Positions 51,472 to 64,000 of a stretch of DNA of 64,000 bases are shown here, piece by piece. The DNA is from Camelus ferus (Eukaryota). The stretch is from NCBI RefSeq assembly GCF_009834535.1, contig NC_045707.1:55182001-55246000 (forward strand). The letters are read 5' to 3'. Below the pieces are notes generated by a model. It saw nothing but the letters and a program-made list of their open reading frames with translations. It made no database searches and was not told the origin of the DNA. The translations under genes were made by a program, and so were the position numbers. Positions within the stretch are counted from its first letter, which is position 1; every line of letters begins with the position of its first letter.

Positions 51472-53136
51472 TCAGTGATCCATCAGGTTATAGAATTCTA
51501 AGACAATTTCAATGAAGAAAAAAATAACGAGCTATTGACTGTAGTTCTGTTTGTCCCGGTTTTTCTGTCTTCTTCCTTAGATATTTGATAAGTCATTTTA
51601 GAACTTCAAGTAAGAAACATGTATAGTTTTAAGACATTCCATATAACAACACATAAATAGCCAAAATGATATGAAAGAAATATCCATAACCAAAAATATG
51701 TTGAACTAAATGTAATTGTATTGTATTTTTTTACTTTCTTTTGTCAAACCATGTTCTGCACTTTTTTTCATTTTACAGAAGCAGTGTTTTAAATTCATCT
51801 ACTAATGCCTCTAAAGTCAAAACTGGTACCTTTTTCTCAATCCTTTAGTTTTAATATGTTATTTAAATAAACAAGACAGCAGCTTTAACATATCAAATGA
51901 AGCCAACTATGACCCAGGTATAGGCTCACCCTTTCATAGTCCCCAAGTCTCCTATTCTTTTTAACTAGGAACATTTGTTCACAGATGATGATATAAAACT
52001 GACAAATATTATCTGACAAGCACCTGGTACTTATTAAATAAGATCTAAAACTAATCATAGATCATTTACCTTTTTTCAGTAATATAACTCAATAAAAAGA
52101 AACTGATTAGAGCCCTTTTCAAATATATTAAATATTATTATTATGGAAATATAACTAAATAAACCAATGCTTTTTCTAAAATGTTAAATTTAATGTTGCT
52201 CATGCCCTGCCCCTCTTTACCCTAGGTACAACCTCTTAATTTCTTCAGGAAGAATTGCTGTCTTTAGTTCACCAGCTAGAGTGACAATCTCCTCAGCAAG
52301 CCCATTGCAACCAACCATTATCCACCCAATGCAATCTAGTAACAAATCAATCACATGCCAATATAGAGATCACCATCACTGAATATTTAAACTTTCTTCT
52401 CTCTAATAAGAAACAACTCAATTGAGATACAGCCATGATTTTTAAAAGTCAGTCTACCTGATCAAAGACTCACCCTTTTAGTAAGTTACAAGCAGTTAAA
52501 TAGTAGTTTGATCTAATTAAAGAGTGCTCAGTACTAGAAAAAGAAAATAGCTGAGAGCAGAAGTAGAACACTGATTTGCCAATGGCATCTAATTTATACA
52601 ATTATGGAACATCTGCTCTCTCGAAGTTCTGTTTTTCCAATGAACCCACAACTTATGCTAAAATTTTTCAGGTTGAATTCTGCAAATCAAGAGTGCAACA
52701 AAATTGCAGTCAGAGGATGTTTATATTTATGTAATGATCTCAGTTGAGACAGATTGGGGCAAATTTTATCCAAAAAGTTTAGTAAGGGGGAAGAGAATAA
52801 ACTTTCTCTGCCCTAATTCCTTGCAAAAATATTCCTATATATGGCATTCTTAAGATATTTTTGATTGCTGTCTTCAACAAGATGACATTTTGTTTAATTA
52901 CATACAATCTTTAGATATTGACCCAGCTAAAAGTTAAGACGTCCTTATAGTTACCGCTCAATTCAAAGACTTACATACATAGAGATGATCATTCAAAACA
53001 TCATAATTAACTTTCTTTTAAAATAGCCCATTCTCCCTCAGTATTATTAAGTATCTGTGAACATATACCCCAACCCCATGCCCTATTGCATTAGGAGGGT
53101 AATCCTGCACATACTGAAAAACCCCAAGTAAGGTAT

Positions 53137-53515
53137 TGCATTGGTCAGCTCAGGCTACCATAACAAAATATTACAGACTAGGTGGCGTAAACAATAGAAA
53201 TTTATTTATCGCAATTTTGGAAGCTGTAGATCCAAGGTCAGGATGCCAGTTGGTCAGTTTCTGATAAGACATTTTTTTGGCTTGTAGGCAGTTGTCATTT
53301 CCCTGTGTGTTCACATAACTCCTTTTTGCAGAGAGAGAGAGAGAGAGAAAGAGAAAGATCTCTGGTTTCTCTTATGACACCCATCCTATTGGATCAGAGC
53401 CCTTTCCTATGACCTTAATTGCTTCCTTAGAGGCCCCACCTCCAAATCTAGCCACCCTGGGGGTTAGGATTTCAGCATACGAATTTGGGGGCACACAAAC
53501 ATTTAGTCCATAACA
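53137..53515 (-). mobile_element. MaLR solo LTR (MLT1A-like)
   Basis: tgcattggtcagctcaggctaccataacaaa...aacatttagtccataaca; 5-bp TSD ggtat/agtat. Confidence 0.9.
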
Positions 53516-53532
53516 AGTATGCTGTGAGATAG

Positions 53533-54121
53533 TGTTGCCGAAAGATCGGCCCTGGTCCCTGACGAGCCGAATAACCCAGAGACAAGGTCTTGGAGCTTAG
53601 AAGAAAAGAGGCAATTTTATTGCTTTGCCGGGCAAAGGGGCCTCACAGCAGGCTAGTGGCTTCAAAACTGTGAACCCACCTCGGGGATCGGGTGGGGTGG
53701 TTATATAGCCATAGCTCAAACAATAGAGCATCGATAACAATCAACAGAAGCATTCTCTCATCAGAAGACTTAGAATGGCGTCGTTATGCCTCTAGGCGAC
53801 CAATTCTATAGAGGCTAGCAGTTGTCACTTTTTTGCTCTCTTTATCTCTTAAGCACTCAAGGTGTGGTCTTCTTCGTTTTAGCCTACTTTGTAAGGTTAC
53901 AGTTCTATGACCTGCTCCCTGGAGATCGACTCAGAGACCAAGCATGATTATAGCTTTGGATTACTGGAATAGAAACAGTAAGATCAATAGCTTTAGTTTT
54001 AACAATGGGCCTAGAACTGTGAGTAGCAACCGGTCAGTCAGGTCAGTTTACTGTTTAAGGGCAAGCATAAGAATAAGCAATCTGTTAGCCTAAGTGTGCC
54101 CATTTTATTAATCTTCCTTCA
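53533..54121 (-). mobile_element. Young ERV1-type solo LTR (589 bp)
   Basis: TG...CA ends, perfect 4-bp TSD atag (53529-53532, 54122-54125), minus-strand TATATAA 53701-53707 and AATAAA 53616-53621, many CpGs retained. Confidence 0.9.
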
Positions 54122-55654
54122 ATAGGAGAGAAATAATGAGAGGAAAAGAAAATTCAGGAGTTCTGTTTTAAATATCAGTTAAAGTAGTGCATACTTTCAA
54201 ATGTAAATATAATACATTCAATTATCAACACAAGAAGTGGAAAATAACATACAAGCTTTGAATAGGAGAACATTTTTACTTTAATAAACCTTGTCTGCCA
54301 AATGTTATAACATATGCACAATGGAATGAATTTCAGCAAAAATAGATACTTTTCAATTTAAACATAAGGATGCATGCAGCATTTGGAATTTTTGACTTCT
54401 ATACTAGTTGTTTAAGTAACACAAGTTACCAAAATAAAATCACAACGGAATGAAAGAATGGGTTTTTTATTTATTTATACAGCGATATCAGCAGCAGTCC
54501 TCAATTCATGCAAAGGTCAGATACAGGTTATTATGAATCATGCTGGTACAGTTTTATGAGTAAAATAACCTTTGACCTTCACATTTCCAGATGTTACTAT
54601 TTGCTGTTTAATAGTCAAAACAGCTCTAACCCACACTGAGAACTGGCAGGAATTCATAGTACAGTAGATCGGGGCTATTTATTTTACGTATCAACAAAGT
54701 TTGGGCGTGTCCCCAGGCAGTATATTCTCATTAATCACTATTCTACACATGTTGTCTAAGGATTCTTTGAATTAATGGTTGTGTACTGGTCCCTTTTTCC
54801 TTCCCTTCTGTCTCTCTGTGAGTAAATTGTTTCACCTGCATTAGCACAGAATACAACTTCATTCACTTTATTCAAGATTGAGAAAAACAGTTAACGTTCA
54901 TTCCTCTGCCTTTCTATGTAACAGAAGTTTTGAGCACTCCACAGATGCAGATATAAAACAGAATTTAGAAATAGTGCTAAGTAAATGTGATGTAATACAT
55001 ATTTTATTTAGGAAAATGGGTCTGAGATAACTTTATTATCACTTTCCTTTCTAACATTAAAAATACATTCCTGAAAAACAGCATGGAGTTCATCATTAAG
55101 AATCTTTAACTCGTTTGTAAAGATAGTTATATCAGAAGTGAATTTCTTTATACTGTCTATCTGTAATTAAGGATTTTTTTTCACTTCTTTACTAGCTAGT
55201 AGAATCTTTCATTCTCAATAACCTCAGATTGAAATACCAAATTGGAAAAAACAAGAAATAAGTCATTACCACGTGTTAATATATCATATTTATTTATTTA
55301 CATAAGCCAAGGAAAAGAATCTCATAATCATCCTCATAATTAGAATTTACAATATATTTATCTCAGTATATAAGGATAAATTTACATAATATCTGCTTAT
55401 TTTTAAATAGTATATGCAATGTAGTTGTAAGTTTAATAAAAATATTTAGTCACTGCATTTACTTTTATAGAAAAAAATTTTAGATTTTTATTAATCCTGT
55501 TACTCACTTTTAGAGTCAAGAATTGGTAAGATTGTGTTTTGGGGAAAGTTATAATATTGTATTTCCTCTTGCAGTTCCATGTGCAGCACAATAATGTTTT
55601 TCCTCCTAATGTTCTCCTTCTCTTCCTCTTTCTCTTCATCCCCTTATCCGTGAT

Positions 55655-55840
55655 AAGTACTTATTCTGTGGCATTCTATCAAATATTTTATGTGGAATCT
55701 ATTATTAAACCTCACCACATGTACAAACACTAACAATCCAGATGTGTTATCCTTCTTCTTTTATCGAGAAGGAAATAAAAATTGGGGGAGATTAACTCAC
55801 AACCATTCAAATAGATGCCAAATATAAATGAGCTGAACTT
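55655..55840 (-). mobile_element. MIR SINE
   Basis: tacttattctgtggc...ttttatcgagaaggaaataaaattgggggagattaact. Confidence 0.5.
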
Positions 55841-55996
55841 GTGAGACTATTGCCTCGTTGGAGTTAATAATATTCCAGGTAAGATATTCAGATTTTACAG
55901 GTTCTATGGGTAGAATATTCCAATAAGGGGACAAAAAAGAATACGTTACTGTGGTTCAGAGTGGAAGAAAGAACTACCTCTGAGTGTCGTGGATTC

Positions 55997-56155
55997 ACTC
56001 TCAGTTGTCCCTGGACCAGCAATGTCAGCATCACCTAAGTATTTGTTAGAAATGCAGATTCTTAGGCCCCTATCCTAGACCGACTGAATCAAAACTAGTT
56101 GCAAGTCAGCAATCAAGCCTTCCAGGTGGTGCTAGCTTAATCTGAGAAGTTTCTG
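55997..56155. mobile_element. MER5A-like hAT-Charlie DNA transposon
   Basis: ggaccagcaatgtcagcatcacct...gttagaaatgcagattcttaggcccc...actgaatca. Confidence 0.8.
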
Positions 56156-57250
56156 TGTTTTTACTCTCTCTAATTGATTGAAATTTGCATTCTGTGATGA
56201 AAATACTCCTTTGTTAGAAAAAGTTCTCTTGGAAGGACTTTCAGTACCTGATCGGGGATGGGTGGGGGAGGCTTTTAATTAAGGAGAAATGAGTGGAGAA
56301 GAATTAAGTGGACATCTTATGCATTCCTTAAGGAAAGAAAGATACTCATTGAAAATACTTCTTGGCTATTGTTCATATCCTCAAATATACAAATATGAGT
56401 CTTTTTCCATAGGTAGATGAAAGGGATATTTATATTGGGATAAAGGCAGAAAGGATGCACACAGACGACGATGGAAGAGGATGAATGTGCCTTGTAGTGC
56501 TGGGAACCTAAAGATGGTAAGCCACAGCCCCAGGTAGAAGCTCCTTCTTGGGGATGCTAAGCCAGTCACTCCAAGGATTGTCTTATGAATTTGTACGCCT
56601 ATTTTTTTAAATTTATTTCACCCCTTTTTTTTTTCCTGCTGGTTACCCTAGACTATTATTTACCTAATAGAATTCACTTCATTTTAGCCTTACTTCTATT
56701 AATGAGTTTAATCTCTTAATTGGTTTTCTATTTTTATCTTACTTAAAATTGTACTTCAGTTTAACCTAGATCATTTTATTTACCCTCTTAATTTTGTTCT
56801 TATTTTTCAGTTTAACTCTTTGTAGATATTTCTTAGTTGCAGACTAATTATTTTTCTTTATATATCTTTCGTTTTAAATCTCATCCACTTTAAGACTATA
56901 TAGAATAATACGAGCAATCACGTCTTTACATACACATTCCAGTCTTGATCACCTGGAATTAGACTTGCTTATGACAAGATACTAGTGTTTGGACGAAGCT
57001 CATTTTCCAGGAGGAAAAGGACACAGCAGTTTAAAAGTGATTGCCAAAACTTTTTCCACATATAAGTATATTGGCTTTTTGTCCAACATAGTCAGGACAG
57101 TCCTTATTTTCCCCTATTGTACAAAAGTAATTATTAATAACACCCAGTTTAATGTTCAAGTATGCCACCATTTGAACTATAAATTAAATAAATACTCTAA
57201 CTGTAGGGAAGTTGAGCTAAGCTTTGGGCTCTTCTCTGTATATTGGCCAG

Positions 57251-58035
57251 TGTGATACTGTGATATAATAAGAAATATATAATTAGTTTTCATCCCTGGT
57301 TTCTGGCACAGGGGTCCTAAAACCCTTCAAATTTCCCTTCTGATAGGATGGAGAGGACAGTCCTTCGTTACTTATAGTAAGCACCTTTCACCCATTCCTG
57401 AGTTTATACTAGTTAAGTGAGTCTTAGAGAATGGGGACTGGTTACCAGAGAAACCAACCACATGATTAAAGGGCTGGAGATTGATTTAATTGACTAATGA
57501 TTTGATTAACCATGACTATGTAATGAAGCCTCCATAAAAACTCTAGCCAAAGGGATTCAGAGAGCTCCTGGGTTGGTGAACAAACTGAGGTTCAGGGAAG
57601 GTGGGAGTCCCTGGAGAAGGCATGGAAGCTCTGTGACCCTAAATTATACCTTGTCCTATATACCTCTTTATCTTGCTGCTCATCTGTATCCTTTGCCATA
57701 TCCTTTGTAATAAACTGGTGATTGTGAGTAACTATGTTCCTGAGTCTATGAAGTATTCTAGCAAATTATTAAACCAAAGAAGGGGAGTCATGGGGGCCTC
57801 CAATTTATAGCTGATCAGTCAGCAGCACAAGTGGCAACGTGAACTTACTATTGGCTTCTGAAATGGGGACTAGTCCTATAGGATGGATCTGTGGTGTTTA
57901 ACACCATGCAGTAAGTGTCAGAATGAATTAAATTGTAGGACAACCAGTTGGTGTCCACAGAAAGTTGGAGAATTGGTTGGGGGTGGGAAAACTCCCACAG
58001 ATTTGGTGTTAGAATATTATTATAGTACAGGAAAA
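57251..58035 (+). mobile_element. MER21-like LTR
   Basis: tgtgatactgtgatataataagaaatatat...gtaatgaagcctccataaaa...aattgtaggacaaccagttggtgtcc. Confidence 0.85.
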
Positions 58036-58379
58036 AAATTGCCTTTAGCTAGCAAACAACAAAAAATACAATTAACTTTCATGACCACACTTGAAAATTG
58101 AAGCTCCTTCTGAACATTCTCCCTTTCCATCCCCTGCTTTAATTTTTTACCATTGCACTTTTATTAAACTGTTTTTGTTGCTTCCCTCTAGAATCTAAGT
58201 TCTTATTCTTGAGACTAGGAGTATTTCTTTTTATTCACTTTTCAAATAGTGTATTCAGCTACTGTTTGAGTGCTTTGCACATAACAGGTGTTCAGTAGAT
58301 ATATTTGTAGAATAAATTAATATTTTTTTTACTTATCTATGATTCTTTCAACTCAGTTCTCCCTTCAGTATGTTTCCTT

Positions 58380-61300
58380 CTTCCTTGGATGTCCTTTAAT
58401 GAAGACATATTGATGGCAAATATCCTTGGTTTCTAAAATATAAATTAATCATGCTCAGTTTAAATAATAGGTTAGCTGTTTTGACACACAGTGTTTCTCA
58501 GTGCTCTGATGATGTTTCTACTTTTTTGTGGGTATTGTGGTTGCAGCTGAGAATCTGCTGTCAGTGTAATTTCTAGGTATTATGTCTTTTCTTAGATTGA
58601 TTTTAAGATTATCTTTTAACTTCTGTGATCTTCATTTCTTATTACCTGTTTGGAATATATTGTGATTTCTTCATCTGGTTCAAGCATCAGATCAAAATAT
58701 TCTCATTCTTTCTGTCATCGCGTTGTGTCTCTCCTCCTTTCACACCCTTCCCTCCTTTAAGATCGCCTATCAGAAGTAATTTTGGCCTTTCTTCATATCT
58801 CTTAATCTGTCACTTTTCCACCACTCCCTTCTTTGTGCTGCCTTCTGCCTAATTCCTATTCTGGATAATTCTTTCAGTTTACTACTTCTCCGTTCAATTC
58901 CAATTAATTTGAACTTTGCTACTAATTTGAACATCTACTATTAGATGTTGCATTTAATTTTAAAGCCTAAATATTTAATTCATGAGTGTTAGCTTTGGTT
59001 ATTTTCCAAATCTGCCTGCTCCTGACTAAAAGAGCTTTCTCTTTTTTATTTTCAATTCCTTTTTTTATTTAATCACTTATAAATACTTTATAGTTTACTA
59101 ATTTGTTTCATGCCAACTGTGGTTACAAAAATACAACCAACCCACAATATATCTGTGCCATATATTGCTTGTAAATATAAATGAGATCAGTCTGGTGTTT
59201 TGGGCTGAGTGGTCTTCCTTTGCCTGTTTGAGTAAATAATTTCCTTCAATATCTTGGATGCCCCTCCTCCAAACTCATACTGTCCTCTCTATTCTCCAAG
59301 GATGAGAAAAAAGAGAATGATGACTGCATGTTGGAAGTTTTTATCAACTACGCCAAGCGACATACATCAGTTTTAGACACATCCCAAAGACCAGAACTTG
59401 GTCATATGGACATAGTAGACTAGGAGGGAATATTGGAAATGTAGTCACTTTATCTCTAAATCCAAGAGAAAGATGAAATAGGTTGGGAGAGCAGCTAGCC
59501 AGTCAATACCACATAGTCTCCAATCCTTCTGTTCTGCAGTTCTTGACAGATAAATCATGCTGTTTGTTTCTGTCTGCTGCTGACATTATGGTAGCTTGCT
59601 TCCTTCTATATGTTGTTATTTTAGATTAAAAGATTATATTTAGTGAAGCTTTATCTCAGAAATCCTGTGTTGTCTGAGTTCCCAGACCTCACAAATAACG
59701 TAGTATAAATATTAATACAAAATCCATGTGAATGGAAGCATGTGGTCAGAAAATGGCCCAGGGAATATTTTTTCTACACTATCCACAGCCAAAACTGAAA
59801 CCCACAAAATTTCTTTTCATTTTCTATTAAAAGTGGGTATTTTTTTTTTCAGTCCACATTTACACAGAGGGCAGAGACCCTTTGAAAGTCCAGGCTTTAT
59901 TTCAAAGTCTGTTTCTCCAGTTCCCACATCCCACCTTGAGGCTGTACCTGCAGAGCCATACACACTCAAGCTCTTTGATTGTCAGTATCGACAAATGCCG
60001 TCAAGCGCAGTTGCAGCTTCAGTGCTCACTCTCTGCCCTCGTCTTCAGCTTACACTTTGTCTTCTGGACCTTTATCAGCCAAGCCTTTGGTCACCACTTT
60101 AGACATGCCTCCTAGCACAGCTGCTGCATCAGTTCTCACTTTTTACTCTAGCTTTCAATTCACTGTTTCGTTTTGGACCCAGGGTGTCGCACCTAAAATC
60201 CTGTATACATTACAATAGTGTTTGCTATATTCTTTTCAACTTCCAAGTGTTTTGTCATAAGAGATTTCCAAAATTTCTTGTCATCTTTATTTCTGAAACA
60301 AGGTTTTGTTTTTTCTTGTATCTTCTTTCTCTTACTTTCACTATATTTTAACAATTTCAATTAATATAATAGATCTAACAGTGTTGTAAATGTATACAGG
60401 ATTATTAGTTGTTATGATTAGTCTCCTCCCAAGATATACAAGATACTTATTATCTGTTACCTCCAATTACTCCACTTCCAACTGTCTTACATCTTTTTCT
60501 TTCCATAATGTTTTATATCTCCCAAATTTAGGTAACCTTTATTGGATTTACCCATATGTTTACAGATTCTTTGGTCAGTATTTCATCTAGTATGCTACTC
60601 ATTGCTAGTATGTAGACATTCCTTTCTCTTAAGATGTTCTTAGTGAGTTTTTTTTAATGAATGTCTAGGAGTGGAGGATTTTTACTAATTGTTTCTTTAT
60701 AAAATGGCTATTTCATGGCTATTCTTAATGGTAGTTTACCTGGCGTTGGAATTCTAGATTAATAATTCTTTTTTCTGAGCACCATGAATATAGCATATTG
60801 TCTTTTGACAATTTTGCTGATGTCAAGTTTAATGTCAACCTGATTTTGTTTTTGTAACTATCATTCTTTTTCCCCAGGCTGTTTATAAGATCTCTGAAGT
60901 TTCCTTTAGAATAAATATTTCCTGGTATTGACTTACTGTTATTTATCCTTATTTGGAGATGATAATATATCTAGTATTTGAAAATTTATGATCTTCTGGA
61001 ATATTTTCAGTCATTTTCACATCATGAATTACTGCTATCCTTTTCTTAAAGAGAATTCATTAGAATATTTTAGACAATATAATTCTATCCCACAAATCTC
61101 TTAAACCTCACATTTTTTTTATTCTTTTTCACTCTGGTCTGCATTCCACTTAGTCCTTTCTTCCAGTTAACCAATTCTATCTTCAGTCGTCTCCAATTTG
61201 CCATTTTATCCATGCAATATGTGTTAAATGTGAATGATATTTTTATTTCTCAGTTTTTTTAACTTACATCCATTGCCTCATGGTATCTTATTTTAAGATT

Positions 61301-61480
61301 TTAAGATTGTGCCTTCATCATTTAAAATATTAATTTGACTCTCTATCATAACACTTTTCTAAATTCTTGGCATTCTAAACCTACATTTATTTGATATCCA
61401 TTGCATTCAGTCTTGTTAGATTGTTTCATAATAGGCTTTGTAATTTTGTTTTTAGCTAATAATTTGTTGTGCTTTATCTA
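58380..61480 (-). mobile_element. Very old L1ME/HAL1-like fragments, with an MLT1J/K-like LTR nested at ~59095-59515
   Basis: gctgagaatctgctgtcagtgtaatt, ggaattctagatt, tctggaatattttcagtcatt; nested ccagaacttggtcatatggac...gcagctagccagtc. Confidence 0.5.
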
Positions 61481-61699
61481 TGGATAAGGATAGCAGAACC
61501 AATAACCCAGAAGTCAAAGCCCAGTGCCACAGGGAAAACAAACAAACAAAGAACCTCCGGATAGTAGAGAGAGTAGACCGAGTCTTCATCAAAAAACTGT
61601 CATTATGTACCTGGGTGTACTTCAGAATTTTTAGAGGCCAATCATTGTTATATAACTTTTTTTGCCATATTTTTATAAATAGAGTGTATCAGTAGAAGT

Positions 61700-62520
61700 T
61701 ATCTATGCCCATATCATCATAGATATTACATATGCTTGGGAGAAAGGTGTGGGTCAGAGGAGAAAGAAAACTTATCTCTGCTTCACAGGTCTTCATATCA
61801 AGAATAACTGTATCTGACTAAGTTCATCTGACCTGGATCTGATTTAGATTTTGAGATCTGGGCCTTGAGCCTGAGCCTAATGTTATAAAGAAATATAATT
61901 TTTGAGGGGTCTAGGGAGAACTTAGGTATGTTTTTCAAGAGGGAGGTATATGAATAATTTGTAGCCAAAATGCAGGCTGTCATATTTTAAAATATATCCA
62001 CAAATTTTTTAACATGTTTCTAACTGAAGGTAGTTTCTGTGTTCCCTTCCTTTGATTCGTGGCTGATATAAATAACTCCCTTTTAACAAATAGAATATCG
62101 TGGATGTGATGCTGCAGGACTTACGAAGCTGTGCTATAAATGGCATTGTTGATTCTGACTTGTTCGCTAAGACACTTCATTTTGGATCCTTGAGGCCACC
62201 ATATACTGGAGAAGCCCAAGTCATGTGGAAAGGCCACATGTTGGTGCCTCTCTGAACCTTAGCTAAGTTTCTAGACAACTGCCAAAATCAACCCACAGAC
62301 ATGTACAGATTCTGTTTGAGTCCAGCCATCAGCCATGGAGTCACCCCTACATGTCAAGTGGTTACAAACCTAGGTCTCAGGCATTATGCAACAAATAAAA
62401 CAATTGTACCATGTTCTTTCTGAATTCTAAACCCACACAACCCATGAGTACATGAAAAGTTTATTTTAAGCCAGCAGTTTTGTGAGAATTTGTTATATAC
62501 CAATAGTAATGCTAATAGGC
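61700..62520 (+). mobile_element. MaLR internal end plus LTR (MLT1G/H-like)
   Basis: gtgatgctgcaggactt...ggaaaggccacatg...ttttaagccagcagtttt...ttgttatataccaatagta. Confidence 0.65.
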
Positions 62521-63179
62521 TTGTAAATTTATATGTTTTATAAACTAAAAATTTGTAATGCTTTACCTTGAAGCTCTTGTGTAGCCTGGGTTTAGAGTTT
62601 GTGCTACTACAAAGTGCAATTAATTTAGAATTTAATTTTGTATTTATTTATCAGCTAGACTCCTCCCAGGTCAAGTTGTGGCATACACTGCAACCACACC
62701 TATTGGATGGCACACATGTAGTTACAAATCCTTAGAGGACACCTCAGCTGGAGCCCAAGAAAAAAACAATTTTTTGCTTTTTTATTTTTCTTGTTTGTAG
62801 GTGGATATTTTAGCCAGTTTTTTCACTGAAGGTCAGTTTTACAGGTAGGAGTTTCATTTTTAAACATTGACCCTTCAGGGTCCCAATACAGAGTCCCTCT
62901 TTCTGTACGGGCAGTAAGTCCCAATCCTCTAGGTTATAGATAAGCTCCCATTCATCCTCATATACCCACCGACTTAGGGAAGCTGTAACACCAGCCTCGG
63001 GATCGGATGCTTACCAAGTTTGTTTTGAACTCTTTCTTTGTAGAGAAAGATAAATTGTGTTTTCCTCTGTGAGATCTCAATTATGCGTGCTTGGTATAAT
63101 TTGTTGTGAATATCCATGTATTTATAGTAGAAGGTTTTTCTGGTTATCAATTCATGCATATTGCTATTTCACATTTTAT

Positions 63180-63720
63180 TTTTTGTTATGAATGAAAAAT
63201 AGTACTATTCAAAAATATACGAAGTGAAACGATAAAAAGAATAGCAGGTATTAATTAATTAAAATCAACAAAGAATTAAAGAGAGTCAACAAATGGGAAG
63301 TTGTGTTTTTGAAAAGCGGACATAGTTTAACAAACTCTTACAAGAATTGTTGGGAAAAAAAACGGAAAAGGAACAGAAAAGTTATTAAGAAAGAAAAAAA
63401 GAGACTTATTTTTGTGAAAATAATATAGAAACAACCAATCATGGCAACAGTATGTAGTATATAATTTAAGTAGACAGAAATCAACAACAGGGAAAATTTA
63501 TAATGTATTATTTATTTTAAATGACCAAGATAAAAAACAAAATGATAATAAATTTGAGGCAGTGAGAAGGAAAGGGATGAAGATAAGGACATTCGAGATG
63601 TACGTAATGTTCTATTATCATTAGGCTGTTTGATGGATTCACAAGTATTCATAATATATTTTATATTAAATATTATACATATTCTGTTTTGTGTCTGAAA
63701 TATTTCATAATGAAATTTCT
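63180..63720 (+). mobile_element. Ancient L1ME fragments
   Basis: aaaagcggacatagtttaacaaactct, aatgttctatt...tctgaaatatttcataa. Confidence 0.45.
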
Positions 63721-64000
63721 AAGGGATAATTTTCTTAAAGGGTAATAGCAGATTCCCTCAGTGAATCTATCTTAACTGTATGAATACATTTATAGTCAAT
63801 TCAGAATACATGATAGTTATATATCTTTTTAATTAGATACCTAGCTTGGAGGTAGAAGAAAATGTAAACGCTTAAAGGTTGTGATTACTTACATTGCAAA
63901 AAACAACTTGTATCTTGAATATTTTATCTATGACTGTTCCATCACACAACTTCTCTTCACTACAAAAGTTTTAATTAATTAAAGCAAAAACTTCCTCACT

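Overview
AT-rich, repeat-dense mammalian genomic DNA (intergenic or deep intronic). It is most likely camelid (alpaca/llama/camel): it carries a vic-1-type tRNA-derived SINE and a young artiodactyl-type L1 3' end, and I recognised no Alu, Bov-tA/BovB or PRE1. I found no convincing host protein-coding exon; the ORF-track entries are chance ORFs or L1 remnants. Most of the window is old L1 (L1MA-ME), L2, MIR, MaLR/ERVL LTRs, MER21 and MER5A, plus two younger ERV1-type solo LTRs. The main unexpected signal is a decayed minus-strand reading frame at ~9640-10600. Its translation aligns by eye, in colinear motif order, with the C-terminal third of the bornavirus L polymerase (candidate endogenous bornavirus-like L element, EBLL). 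Weaker colinear pieces lie at ~12210-12480 (L N-terminus), ~8720-9048 and ~6278-6658 (L C-terminus), separated by ancient TE insertions. Other oddities: a tailless tRNA-Cys 5'-half retrocopy with a 16-bp TSD, a twin-primed inverted L1, a young L1 inserted at an internal-deletion junction of an old L1, and a near-perfect 74-bp tandem duplication. Repeat family names and the bornavirus comparison rely on recalled consensus sequences, not on searches; most TE boundaries are approximate.
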